Assembly: GCA_965645245.1 (NCBI GenBank)
Contig: OZ287067.1
Coordinates: 1,736,001 to 1,800,000 of the forward strand
Length of the DNA stretch: 64,000 nt
Direction: 5' to 3'
From: Massalongia carnosa
Taxonomy: Eukaryota
The notes under the pieces are model-generated. The model made no database searches, was not told where the DNA came from, and saw nothing but the letters and a program-made list of their open reading frames with translations. Below, piece by piece: positions 10,701 through 21,500 of the stretch. Each line of letters opens with the position of its first letter. The stretch's first letter is position 1. The position numbers were made by a program, and so were the translations under genes.

Positions 10701-11413
10701 TATCGATGGCCGAGTTCGCATCAAATGCCTGTGTCTCAGCTTCAAGTGGATTATCTCCATTTCAGGTCAACTATGGGTTTGAACCGAGGATGAGCTTCTA
10801 TCCGATTGACGCATCTACCGGATCGGCCAGAGAAAGAATATTGAAAACTCGAGCAAAAAATATCGGCCAAGCAATGGAGAAAATCTGGGAATTCGGAAAA
10901 GAAAACCTAGTACGAAGCCAAGAAAGTCAGAAGAGATTCGCGGACAATCATCGGGAGGAGGCACCAACCTATAAAGAAGGAGATGAAGTTTGGCTATCAA
11001 CCAAAAATATCAAAACGGAAAGGCCTTCGAAAAAGCTAGATCATAAGATGATCGGACCGTACAAGATATTAAAAGCTTTGGGGAATAGCTATAAGTTAGA
11101 TCTTCCAGCATCGATGAAAATACACGATGTTTTCCATTCATCATTACTCCGACCAGCAAGTAAAGACCCATTGCCCGGACAAATACCCCCGCCTCCACCA
11201 CCGGTAATTATTGACAACGAGGAAGAATTTGAAATTGATTATATTTTGGATTCAAGAACTTTCAACAAGAAGCTACAATACAAGGTAAAATGGAGCAATT
11301 ACCCACCGGATAACACATGGTATCCGGCCGAAGCTTTTGCGAATTCAAAAGAAACTGTGGAAGAATATCATCGGAAATATCCAAAGAAGCCGCGACCGAA
11401 GCTAATCACATGA
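7706..11413 (+). CDS. pol: Pol polyprotein PR-RT-RH-IN-chromodomain, probably expressed as a Gag-Pol fusion
   Basis: Protease DTGS; RT LRFCVDYRKLN and YLDD; RNase H DSSD, YDKELLAI, TDHKSL; integrase SMDFV, SDRG, SE; chromodomain EFEIDYILDSR..YKVKW..Y...TWYP. ORF track call is 7751..11413. Confidence 0.96.
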   Translation, partial: GKRRTSVIDAAGVDELVITSFFVEDDLFDDHPVMEDCIVGNKFNTRAMIDTGSTGYCFVDRLTAQEICEKANISPVTLNRRKEIKAYDGRKGKPITQAIYPSLKIGNHTESSTPMLITELGQQTIILGKPWMRKHGVSYHGHTNSISFRPDHCNHLGAPERPFLSSPIRREEPGSTKDTTPIFQPKKILKRDEPDEKNHSNSNPISVRRSRKEDILKQKSWRKDAESEEALDIAMIGADPFNVLTKQKDVEIFAVSLRDINFELAKGEKPITDPKTIVPPEYHDFLDVFSKEKADELPPHRKHDHTIELLEGKGPGHAPLYNMSEGELLLVKRYLEENLKKGFITASSAPFASPILFAKKPSGGLRFCVDYRKLNEITKKNRYPLPLISEIMSRLARARFLTRIDIRHAFNRLRMKTEKDEDLTTFRTRFGSYKSLVLPFGLTNGPATFQNFINDTFLEYLDEFLIAYLDDLLVYSETMTDHRKHVRKVLQKLREAGIQADVDKCEFHVTEIKFLGVVVGRNGIKMDPTKIEAVVEWAIPRHLKQVQAFLGFINFYRRFIKDFSKIAKPLVHLTRKDEPFNWTPACQAAFSELKRRVTEAPVLAHFSPSRETFVESDSSDYVSAGVLSQRGEDGLIRPVAFFSKSLLPAECNYEIYDKELLAIIKCFEQWRPELQSTELPIKVLTDHKSLEYFMTTKKLNRRQARWAEFLADFNFVITYQAGKFHTKADALTRRPGDRPESEEDDRQRHQHQIILPLESLDPQIQKEMGFEMNEINAEKSKDPLENNAKLFVPEEKRMKLIQEVHDQPAVGYPGIKRTYEMMKKFFFWPKMKGTIEQYIRNCHTCKRAKAPRDGYSGLLNPLPIPDRPWTDISMDFVTGLPESKGYNAILMVVDRFSKMHHYIPCTTDEEGTTAEETARMLIKHVWKLHGLPTTIISDRGPQFVSLVWKSLCVMLGIKAKLSTAFHPESDGQSEISNQEMERYLRTYVNYQQDDWTEWLSMAEFASNACVSASSGLSPFQVNYGFEPRMSFYPIDASTGSARERILKTRAKNIGQAMEKIWEFGKENLVRSQESQKRFADNHREEAPTYKEGDEVWLSTKNIKTERPSKKLDHKMIGPYKILKALGNSYKLDLPASMKIHDVFHSSLLRPASKDPLPGQIPPPPPPVIIDNEEEFEIDYILDSRTFNKKLQYKVKWSNYPPDNTWYPAEAFANSKETVEEYHRKYPKKPRPKLIT

Positions 11414-11436
11414 CAGCGATCAGGAGCTCGCTAACC

Positions 11437-11450
11437 AAGAGGGGGGGTAG
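11437..11450 (+). promoter_or_regulatory. Polypurine tract
   Basis: Purine run AAGAGGGGGGGTAG abutting the 3' LTR. Confidence 0.85.
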
Positions 11451-11663
11451 TGTCAGGACTCGGGTGTGGGAGCGCTAAATCCAACGGCTCTTTCCGACCG
11501 AAGCTTCGGAGATAAGCTTCTAGAGCCGGATGGAAACTTCGAGAAGAAGGGCAAACGGGCATATAGATTTCACATTCTTCTTTGTAGATAGATTTCTCTT
11601 CTTCATGCTTAGTCTCTTAGGTAGCTGACTACTATTCGTCTTCCCTGGATAGTGGTTCTTACA
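11451..11663 (+). repeat. Gypsy 3' LTR
   Basis: Identical to 5954..6166. Confidence 0.97.
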
Positions 11664-11668
11664 CTTAC

Positions 11669-11920
11669 AATAACAGAAACTCTATTTCCGAGCAACGCGA
11701 TAGGAATAAGAGGATTGCAACGCGCACAAGAAGGGGTAGGCTTCCATCAAGCGAGGAGGTGAAGGAGGCTATGATAGAGGAGGGTGTGGTGGATGAGGTT
11801 GAGGAGGAGGAGGAGGAGGAAGAGGGTATAGTAGATGAAGAGGAGGAGGAGGAGGGTGTGGTGGAGGATGAGGTAGATGAGGGGGGTGGAGAGGGTGGGG
11901 GTGACAAGAAGGGGGAGAGT
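11669..11920 (+). pseudogene. hAT transposase last exon resumed after the Gypsy insertion; acidic (GAG)n-rich tail, cut by a LINE tail
   Basis: Removing the Gypsy element and one TSD gives a continuous KIKKRTYNNRNSISEQRDRNKRIATRTRRGRLPSSEEVKEAMIEEGVVDEVEEEEE. Confidence 0.75.
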
Positions 11921-13049
11921 ATTTTTTATTTATTTATTCATTAAGTGTATTCAACCTAAGGTTATGACACTAAACTATTTTAGGATATGTTTCTATAATA
12001 CAAATAAATCAACCCTTTATAACCCATCTATGTATCGTTAATTTTCCCCCGTTTTTACTCCGTGTTAGTAACAACCTATAGTAATCGAGAAATTATCGAT
12101 TTTACAATTTGTCTTAGTAAGTTCGTAAATGTTTCAACATAAATCATTTCTGAATTTACTGTTCGATCTCTCCCCAGCCTCCCGTTTCGACAATTTCGTC
12201 ATCAAGCTGACCTAGTATCCATTTTCTAGTCGCGATTTTGTTATTGACAATGAATTTAATCAAAATGTCATTTCCAATTTTTGTATTAAACAACATATTC
12301 AAGTTGATAGTAGTATCGACATTTTGTTTCATGTTTTGAATTTCATCGAAATAGTGAATGCGATTCAATAACAAGTGTTCTGGCGTTTGTCGTTGATTGC
12401 ATCTATTTGTGCATTTTGACCAATTATAATCTTTCAATCGATGTAAATATGATCGAAAATAACCGTTTCCGAATTTTAATTGCATAATAGTGGCAAATAT
12501 CAATTTGGAGCAGTAGTTTGATAAATAATAAAAACTCGATATGCCAGGTTGCATTTCGAATTTCTCATAGTATTTGCTTTCGATTTGCATTGTTACCATT
12601 GATTCGTCCATGTAGTTAGCATATTTTGATTTATTTGATCTTTTACATAGTCAAATGTTATAGCCGAGGACTCGACTAGGATTCGATTATGTCCCGTCTT
12701 TGCTGTTTTGTCTGCAATTTCGTTTTCGGTAATTTTCGAATGACTCGGAATCCATTGCAAAATCACCTGATAATTGCTTTCAAATAAGCGTTTTGCGATC
12801 TTTCGAATTTGTCTTGCGAAAATATGATTTGTCAAGTTCTGAATTTCGTTTATCGCCTTTATGCTATCAGAAAAAAACCAAATCGTTTTTTCTAAGTTCG
12901 ATAAAATATTAGTATTTGACAATTTATAGATAGACCCGTTTCATTGCTTGTAAAATCGCATGCAGTTCAGCATTTTTAATGCTTGACTGTTCGCTTAATT
13001 TCCAGATTTTCGAAATCGTATGATACTTGATCAGACAATCTTTTTCGAT

Positions 13050-16000
13050 TTGATTGATTGATTTTTCTTACGCCGATATGACACCAGCTGAAGCTGGCCC
13101 ATGCGGGAGATACTACATAGGCTATATAAAGGCAGAAAACCCGAACGGGTAAAAAACTGCTCCTGCGTACCAGGTTTGTAGAGGACTCGCTCTTTCCCCG
13201 GGTTGATCTCTACGGTTTGGGAAACCCGCTATACCCGTTATGCGCCTGAGTAAGTGCAAGAATAAAAGAGAAGAAAAGAAAATAAGTAGAAGAAAAAACC
13301 AATTCTCCTCTCATTATTGCTCCGTCATTTGCGCGGCAATGGTGTACTGTGTTAGTATGCCCGTACGCATAAGCCATGCAGTGATTATTTTGATCGCTTT
13401 GGGGTCTGTTATCAGTTTTTGATAATCCAGCGAGCCAGCTGCACGCAACATATCGATTCTATTATGCAATCCGCAGAACATTATCACATGTTTCGCCGTT
13501 TGAAAGCGGCTTCCGCACAGGCAGGCCGCGGACTCAATGTCTGGCACCTTGCGTTTGAATAGAAAACTCGCTAACCCGATTTTCTCTGTTCTAATTTGAA
13601 TTGCGAGGGAGCTTTGCGCCTTATTCAGCAGCTTGTGCGTGTTCAACCTGTTTTTGTGCAATGGACCCGACTGTGCTATTGTTGGATCAAGCGTATGTAT
13701 TGATTGATACGCTATCCATTTGTCCTTCCATTTTTCTTTAAATCGTTTCGCTATGATTCCGTCTCTTTCTCTTTGAAGTGCGGCATATTCTGCTCGTTTT
13801 TCCTCTTGTGCATTCTCCGCTTTTTCCCATGGTGGTGTGCGTTTGGGCTTTCTCTTTGTTGATACTTCAGCTGTCAGCTTGGCCACCCATCTCTGTCTAC
13901 GAGCTCCCGGTGTTTCTCCAATAATCCGTTGTCGCCCTCTTTTCCCTTTCAATCTCGTTCTGATTTTCTCGCATGCCTGTTCTATGACTTTTGCCTGACC
14001 GTTGTGTTGTAGCCTCGATCTACCTTTGGCCTGCAGATGATCCAAATGTTGCGTCAATGGACAGATGAATGTTTCCGCCTGTAACACCTCGATGGGTGTG
14101 GCCCTGTACGCTCCGGCTACTACTCGTAAACATTTGTTTTGTACGATCTCGAGTTTGCTTTTCCTCGTGACTTTGACGTGCTTTTGTGTTTCCTCCGGCG
14201 TGTGCCATACCAGAGAACCATGGGTCATTGCCGGGCGTACCACCGCCGTGTACACGTGACGGGCTTGTAGGAGGGTCGCACCCCAAGTGGCTGCGGCGAT
14301 TCTAGTCAGCGCTCTCGTTTGTCTCGTCATTTTCTTCTGTATCTCTTTGTAGTGCGCCGACCAATTGAGCCTCGTGTCTATGTACACCCCCAGCACTCGT
14401 ACAGATTTCGTGACGTTGAGTAGTTTGCCGTTTACTGTGAAGGAAGCTTCGAGATTGAATTTCTTGGGATTTTTTGCTAGATGTATGAGCTCGTATTTAT
14501 GCGGCGCGAACACGGAGCCGTGGCGTTTCGCCCATCGTTCGCAATTCTCGTGTATTTCTTTCAATGTTTTGCAATTTTCTTCCGTGGATTTGCCATATGT
14601 CAGGATGTTCACGTCGTCTACGAATCCTATGCCTGCCGCGTTTGTGCTGGGTCTATTGCAAATGTCTAAGAGGTCCGCATTGTAAAAGAGATATAGAATG
14701 GGAGATAGAGGAGATCCCTGAGGGATTCCTATGCTCAGCGGAAATGCGTTAGTGGTGCGTTGATTAATCGTGAGCGTGGTTTCTCTTTCTTTCAAGAAAC
14801 TATCCGTCCATTTGGCTATCCACTCTGGGATCTTTCGTTTTCTCATGTTGTGAATGAGCCTACGATGAGAGACGGTGTCAAAGGCTCCCGATACGTCTAT
14901 GCTCAATAGAGATGCCACTTTATCGTTACCCTGATTCCATACGGTGTGCACTTGTTCAGTGAGCAGCTCCAGTGCTGTTTCCGTTCCGCGGCCCGGCCTT
15001 GCACCCATTTGAGTATCCGGGATCAGTTTAAATTCTTCCGTCAGATGGCTAATTTTCCTTGCTATAATGGATTCCAATGCTTTGCCCAACGTGTTCAACA
15101 ACGCTATGGGTCTCCATGCCTTGGGATCCGTATAGTTTCCTTTTCCTGGCTTCTTTAGCGTGATAGTGTTGGCGATTTTAAAGACTTTCGGATGATATCC
15201 TTCATTCACACATGCTTGAAAAAGTGGTGTCAGCAATTTGATTAGGTTTTCTGAACAGGCTTTGAGAATTCTATTTGTGATTCCATCCGGTCCTGGGGCT
15301 TTGTCTGGCTTTGGCTTTCGCAGCGCCGCCGCCACTTCTTCTTCCGTTATCAGTGCTGGACATTCTGGTGTTGGAGGGTACGAATATCCTACGAGATCCC
15401 CGAGATCCGCGTTAGGAGGAGGGGGAAAGAAGGACTTCTTCAGCATATTTACTCTCTTCTCGAACGTGTCTGCTATCGTATTGGGATTTTGTGCTGTTGC
15501 TAACGGGGGCATTTTTGGAATTTCTCTTGGTGCGTCGCTTCTGTCTTTGCCCCATTTTGCGAGTCGGAAGAGTCCTGTTCTTGATGCTGCAACTTCGGCC
15601 ATTTGTTCTCTGAAATGAAGATTTCTTGCCTTACCGATGATTTTCTGTTTTTTGTCGTTCATTCTGATGTAGTTTTTCCAGTCTGACAGATTTCTTTCCG
15701 CCGTCCAGATCCTACGAAGCCTGCGGGTCTCCTTCGTTGCCTCCTCGCACTCTCTATTCCAGAAGGACTTCGCCTGGGGACTAGGTTTAGCCCATGGTAC
15801 CGCCTCCTGAACGATTCTTTTGAGGTAGTCTTGAATATCTGCAGTGTATGCATCAATTTCGTTGGCGCCTCGTACGACGCGTGGTGTGGGGGCATTTCTC
15901 TCAACTTCTCTCAGTTTATTCATGTCCAGGAGTTTCCAGGCTCTTCGGCGGGGAGGCGTAAGGGGTTCACAGGTGAGGCGGAGCCTCGTCGATATTGGTA

Positions 16001-16289
16001 CGTGATCTGAGTCTTGATTCAGCTCCGGGACTGTGATACAGTGTTCCAATCTTTCTACGAGATCTTCCGTCATGAACACCAGATCGATGGTGCTGAATGA
16101 GTTTCTTGCCTCCCATGTCACTGTTCCTCTTGGCAGGGTGAGCGAAAGATTTTTACTTTCAATGATGTCTAGTAGCTGTTCGGACGCCTCGTGTTGACCT
16201 CGCACTCTCGCACCTCCCCAATGTGGATGATGAAGGTTGAAATCCCCTAGCAAGATGTGTTCTCCTGGCCCGTTCAGTTGACGCAGGGC
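13050..16289 (-). mobile_element. LINE-B: 5'-truncated Tad1-like LINE without RNase H
   Basis: 14-bp TSD CAATCTTTTTCGAT at 13036..13049 and 16290..16303; (TCAA)n tail. Confidence 0.93.
13314..16289 (-). CDS. LINE-B ORF2, open but N-truncated: partial APE endonuclease, RT, C-terminal Cys/His motif
   Basis: GDFNLHH, TIDL, SDH; KAPGPDG, GIPQGSPLSP, FVDD; CLCG..QTAKHVIMFC. The ORF-track start is created by the TSD. Confidence 0.9.
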   Translation of the reverse strand, partial: ALRQLNGPGEHILLGDFNLHHPHWGGARVRGQHEASEQLLDIIESKNLSLTLPRGTVTWEARNSFSTIDLVFMTEDLVERLEHCITVPELNQDSDHVPISTRLRLTCEPLTPPRRRAWKLLDMNKLREVERNAPTPRVVRGANEIDAYTADIQDYLKRIVQEAVPWAKPSPQAKSFWNRECEEATKETRRLRRIWTAERNLSDWKNYIRMNDKKQKIIGKARNLHFREQMAEVAASRTGLFRLAKWGKDRSDAPREIPKMPPLATAQNPNTIADTFEKRVNMLKKSFFPPPPNADLGDLVGYSYPPTPECPALITEEEVAAALRKPKPDKAPGPDGITNRILKACSENLIKLLTPLFQACVNEGYHPKVFKIANTITLKKPGKGNYTDPKAWRPIALLNTLGKALESIIARKISHLTEEFKLIPDTQMGARPGRGTETALELLTEQVHTVWNQGNDKVASLLSIDVSGAFDTVSHRRLIHNMRKRKIPEWIAKWTDSFLKERETTLTINQRTTNAFPLSIGIPQGSPLSPILYLFYNADLLDICNRPSTNAAGIGFVDDVNILTYGKSTEENCKTLKEIHENCERWAKRHGSVFAPHKYELIHLAKNPKKFNLEASFTVNGKLLNVTKSVRVLGVYIDTRLNWSAHYKEIQKKMTRQTRALTRIAAATWGATLLQARHVYTAVVRPAMTHGSLVWHTPEETQKHVKVTRKSKLEIVQNKCLRVVAGAYRATPIEVLQAETFICPLTQHLDHLQAKGRSRLQHNGQAKVIEQACEKIRTRLKGKRGRQRIIGETPGARRQRWVAKLTAEVSTKRKPKRTPPWEKAENAQEEKRAEYAALQRERDGIIAKRFKEKWKDKWIAYQSIHTLDPTIAQSGPLHKNRLNTHKLLNKAQSSLAIQIRTEKIGLASFLFKRKVPDIESAACLCGSRFQTAKHVIMFCGLHNRIDMLRAAGSLDYQKLITDPKAIKIITAWLMRTGILTQYTIAAQMTEQ

Positions 16290-18566
16290 CAATCTTTTTC
16301 GATAAATCGATCAAAATTATCAATAATATTATTCCAATTACGCAAAATTGGTGCAAATGTGACTGCAGACGTTGCAAATTCGATTTTTGATCCATCCGTA
16401 TAAAGTAAAACTCGGGATTTATCGGAGTTCATTTATTGAATTTTTGATAAGGTCGAATAGAAACTCGATTTTGCAGATTCTTTTGTATTTTCGATTTTAA
16501 ATTCGATTTTGCATGACGATTTCCAAGGTTTAATGAAATGATTTAATTGTTCAAATTCATCAGTTTTGTGAACTATGTCAGAAAAGGAATGAAGAACGCG
16601 AATAAGCTGACTAGGGTGTAGTTTATTTGTCTGTTTTTCATCTTCGTTCCATTCGGCATATTTGTTGTTCCATAAGCTAGTGTCAAAACCGATGTTTTCA
16701 TATTTTATCGAATATGTGTTTGGAATTCTTTGACAAATAGGATTATTTTCGGAAATCTTCAATAATCGAATTGCGTATTTTTGATTTTTCATTAATAATC
16801 GAAGTTTGATTGGTAAAACATGTGATTCAATTTCCATCGACTGAACAGGTGTGGTTTTGAAAGTTCCTAAAATTTTCCGAATCATTCGATTTTGCAAATT
16901 CTGAAATAGTTTTTCATATTTCTTTTGACCATTATACCAAATTTCGGAACCGTAGTCCGAAATAGGAACAATGCATGACAAATAGAGCTGTCTGCATGCG
17001 GTCGGTTTCAGACCCCATTCGAATTTCATCAAATTCTGAATTGCAAAAAATGATCGATTCGCAGAAGAGATTCGCGTTTCGACGTGTTTTTTGAAATTTA
17101 GTTTTCGGTCTAGCCAGACGCCCAACCATTTGACTACATTTTTCGGTTCTAGTATTGTCCCGTTTGGTAATTCCAATGTGTCTTTCGATACATTTCTTGT
17201 CTTTTCGAAGTGAATCAGCTCGGATTTATCGTCATCAAATTTGACATTATTCGATGCGGCCCAATCAAAAGCTGTTTTGACTATGATTTCGATTTCTTTG
17301 CAATTTTGTTTTGCAGTTTTATTTTCGAAATATATTGCAACATCGTCAATAAAACTGGGAGAATGTGCATTAAATTTCATTCGTATTTTCGGAAACAAGT
17401 GACGAATGTAAATCAGAAATAGAATAGGCGAGATTTGTGAACCTTGTGGAATTCCTGATTCGACAAAATTTGTTTTGCTATTGTTTTCATCCAATATCAA
17501 ATTGATCGATCGTTTTGTAATGAAATGCTTAACCCATTGAATTATTATGCGAGATAATTTAAGCTTTTTCATGACATTTAGCAGTTGATTAATCGAGACA
17601 AAGTCAAATGCGCCTTTCACATCGAGTAATAAACAGTATAAAACGTTTTTATTTCGATTCGCAATTTCGATATCATGAACGAGGTTCATTACTGCGTCAA
17701 TTGCAGAATGATTTTTGCGTCCGCCCATCTGTTCGATATCTAGTAAATTCGAATTTTCACCGAAGTAGGCTAGTCGATTTGCAACGATTTTCTCAGCAAT
17801 TTTACCAAGACAATATAGTAATGTGATAATTCGATATGATTTTGGTAGCGAATAGTCTGATTTATTAGGTTTTTTCAGAACTGCACTGAGTCCTGTCCGC
17901 CAGCATAACGGGTGATAACCGATTCGAATGAATTTTGAATAAATCATGAAAAACACGTTTATCAACGATTGAAACGATTTTTGAACAATTGTAAAATTGA
18001 TTGCATCAGGTCCACATGCTTTCTTCGGATTAAATAAATTAATTGCATTTTGCAGCTCGTTTTCTGTCAAATCTGGCCTATTATCATCATTTTCGCTGTC
18101 TTGATTTGGTAAACCTTCCACATTATCGTCTATAAACGGGTTTTTATTGTACATTGCTGACACAAACGCATCGCATTTGTCATCAAACTGAACATTAAGC
18201 TTATTTTCATGTAGAATCGCCGATATTTTTTCGGATATGCGCTGTTTAGTATATTTATACGCGGTAAACACGTCTTTATTCGCTGCATTTTCTAGAAAAG
18301 TCAACCAGGTTTGTTGTTTTGCTTTTCTTTTTTTTTTTTTTTTATTTATTCATTAAGTGTATTCAACCTAAGGTTATGACACTAAACTATTTTAGGATAT
18401 GTTTCTATATTACAAATAAATCAACCCTTTATAACCCATCTATGTATTGTCAATTTTTCCCCATTTTTACTCCGTGTTAGTAACAACCTATAGTAATCGA
18501 AGAATATCGATTTTAAAATTTGTCTTTGTAAGTTCGTGAATGTTTCAGCATAAATCGTTTCTGATT

Positions 18567-21500
18567 TTACTGTTCGATCTCTCCCCAACCTCCAGTTTCG
18601 AAAATCTCGTCATCAAGCTGACCTAGTATCCATTTTCTAGTCGCGATTTTGTTATTGACAATGAATTTAATCAAAATGTCATTTCCGATTTTTGTATTAA
18701 ACAACATATTCAAGTTGATCGTAGTATCGATGGTTTGTTTCATGTTTTGAATTTCATCGAAATAGTGAATGCAATTCAATAACAAGTGTTCTGGCGTTTG
18801 TCGTTGATTGCATCGATTTGAGCATTTTGACGAATTATAATCTTTCAATCGATGTAAATATGATCGAAAATAGCCGTGTCCGAATTTTAATTGCATAATA
18901 GTAGCAAATATCAATTTGGAACAGTTGTTTGATAAATAATAAAATCTCGATATGCCAGGTTTCATTTCGAATTTCTCGTAGTATTTGCCTTTTGATTTGC
19001 ATTGTTGCCATTGATTCGTCCATGTGGTTAGCATATTTTGATTTATTTGATCTTTTACATAATCAAATGTTATAGCCGAGGACTCGACTAGGATTTGATT
19101 ATGGCCCGTCTTTGCTATTTTGTCTGCAATTTCGTTTTCGGTAATATTCGAATGACTCGGAACCCATTGCAAAATCACCTGATAATTGCTTTCAAATAAG
19201 CGTTTTGCGAGCTTTCGAATTTGTCTTGCGAAAATATGATTTTTCAAGTTCTGAATTTCGTTTATCGCGTTTATACTATCAGAAAAAATCCAAATCGTTT
19301 TTTCCAAGTTCGATAAAATATTAGTATTAGACAATTTATAGACCCATTTCATTGCTTGTAAAATTGCATGCAGTTCAGCATTTTTAATGCTTGACTGTTT
19401 GCTTAATTTCCAGCTTTTCGAAATCGTATGATACTTGATCAGACAATCTTTTTCGATAAATCGATCAAAATTATTGATAATACTACTCCAATTCCTCATA
19501 ATTGGCGCAAATGTGACTGCAGACGTTGCAAATTCGATTTTCGATCCATCTGTATAAAGTAAAACTCGGGATTTATCGGAGTTCATTGATTTAATTTTGG
19601 ATAAGGTCGAATAATAACTTGATTTAGCAGATTCCTTTGTATTTTCGATTTGAAATTTGATTTTGCAAGGCGATTTCCAAGGTTTAATAAAATGATTTGA
19701 TTGTTCAAATTCATCAGTTTTGTGAACTATATCGGAAACGGAATGAAGAACGCGAATAAGCTGACTAGGATGTCGTTTATTTGTTTGTTTTTCGTCTTCG
19801 TTCCATTCGGCATATTTGTTGTTCCATAAACTTGTGTCAAAACCGATATTTTCGAATTTTATCGAATATGTGTTTGGAATTCTTTGACAAATAGGGTTAT
19901 TTTCGGCAATCTTCAATAATCGAATTGCGTATTTTTGATTTTTCATTAATAATCGAAGTTTAACTGGTAAAACATGTGATTCAATTTCCATCGCCTGAAT
20001 AGGTGTGGTTTTGAAAGTTCCTAAAATCTTTCGAATCATTTGATTTTGTAGGTTCTGAAATAGTTTTTCATATTTCTTTTGACCATTATACCAAATTTCT
20101 GAGCCGTAGTCCGAAATAGGAATAATGCATGACATATAGAGCTGTCTGCATGCGGTCGGTTTCAGACCCCATTCGGATTTCATCAAATTCTGAATTGCAA
20201 AAAACGATCGATTCGCAGAAGAGATCCGCGTTTCGACGTGTTTTTTGAAATTTAGTTTTCGGTCTAACCAGACGCCCAACCATTTGACTACATTTTTCGG
20301 TTCTAGTACTGTCCCGTTTGGTAATTCCAATGTGTCTTTCGATACATTTCTTGTCTTTTCGAAGTGAATCAGCTCGGATTTATCGTCATCAAATTTGACA
20401 TTATTCGATGCGGCCCAATCAAAGGCCGTTTTGACTATGATTTCGATTTCTTTGCAATTCTGTTTTGCAGTTTTATTTTCGACATATATTGCAACATCGT
20501 CAATAAAACTGGGAGAATGTGCATTGAATTTCATTCGTATTTTCGGAAACAAGTGACGAATGTAAATCAGAAATAGAATAGGCGAGATTGGTGAGCCTTG
20601 TGGAATTCCTGATTCGACATAATATGTTTTGCTTAAATTTTCATCAAATATCAAATTGATCGATCGCTTTGTCATGAAATGCTTGACCCATTGAATTATT
20701 ATGCGAGATAATTTCAGCTTTTTCATAACATTTAGCAGTTGATTAATCGAGACAAAGTCAAATGCGCCTTTGACATCGAGTAATAAACATGATAAGACGT
20801 TTTTATTTCTATTTGCAATTTCAATATCATGAACAACGTTCATTACTGCGTCAATTGCAGAATGATTTTTGCGTCCGCCCATCTGTTCGATATCGAGTAA
20901 ATTCGAATTTTCGCCGAAGTAGGCTAGTCGATTTGCAACGATTTTCTCAGCAATTTTACCAAGACAATTTAATAATGTGATAATTCGATATGATTTTGGA
21001 AACGAATAGTCCGATTTATTAGGTTTTTTCAGAACTGCACCGAGTCCTGTCCGCCAGCATAACGGGTGATAACCGATTCGAATGAATTTCGAATAAATCA
21101 TGAAAAACACCTTTTTCAACGATTGAAACGATTTTTGAACAATTGTAAAATTGATTGCATCAGGTCCACATGCTTTCTTCGGATTAAATAAACTAATCGC
21201 ATTTTTCAACTCGTTTTCGGTCAAATCTGGCCAATTATCATCATTTACGCTGTCTTGATTTGATAAATCTTCCTCATTATCGTCAATAAATGGGTTTTTT
21301 GTATACATTGCTGACACAAATGCATCGCATTTGTCATCAAACTGAACATTTAGCTTGTTTTCATGTAGAATCGGCGGTATTTTTTCGAATATGCGCGGTT
21401 TAGTATATTTATACGCGGTAAACACGTCTTTATTCGCTGCATTTTCTAGAAAAGTCAACCAGGTTTGTTGTTTTGCTTTTCGAATTGCATGAAAATACTC

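Larger units (their letters stand above)
5954..11663 (+). mobile_element. Intact full-length Ty3/Gypsy chromovirus-type LTR retrotransposon
   Basis: Identical 213-bp LTRs, TSD CTTAC at 5949..5953 and 11664..11668, open gag and pol, PPT present. Confidence 0.98.
11922..18327 (-). mobile_element. LINE-A copy 1, decayed and 5'-incomplete, split by LINE-B
   Basis: (TAAA)n tail at about 11922. ORF2 fragments 12156..12611, 12593..12922 and 16433..18304 match the intact 1337-aa ORF2. Confidence 0.92.

Noticed and set aside
11665..11907. Ser/Pro-rich minus-strand ORF
   Set aside because: It is the antisense of the (GAG)n acidic hAT tail.
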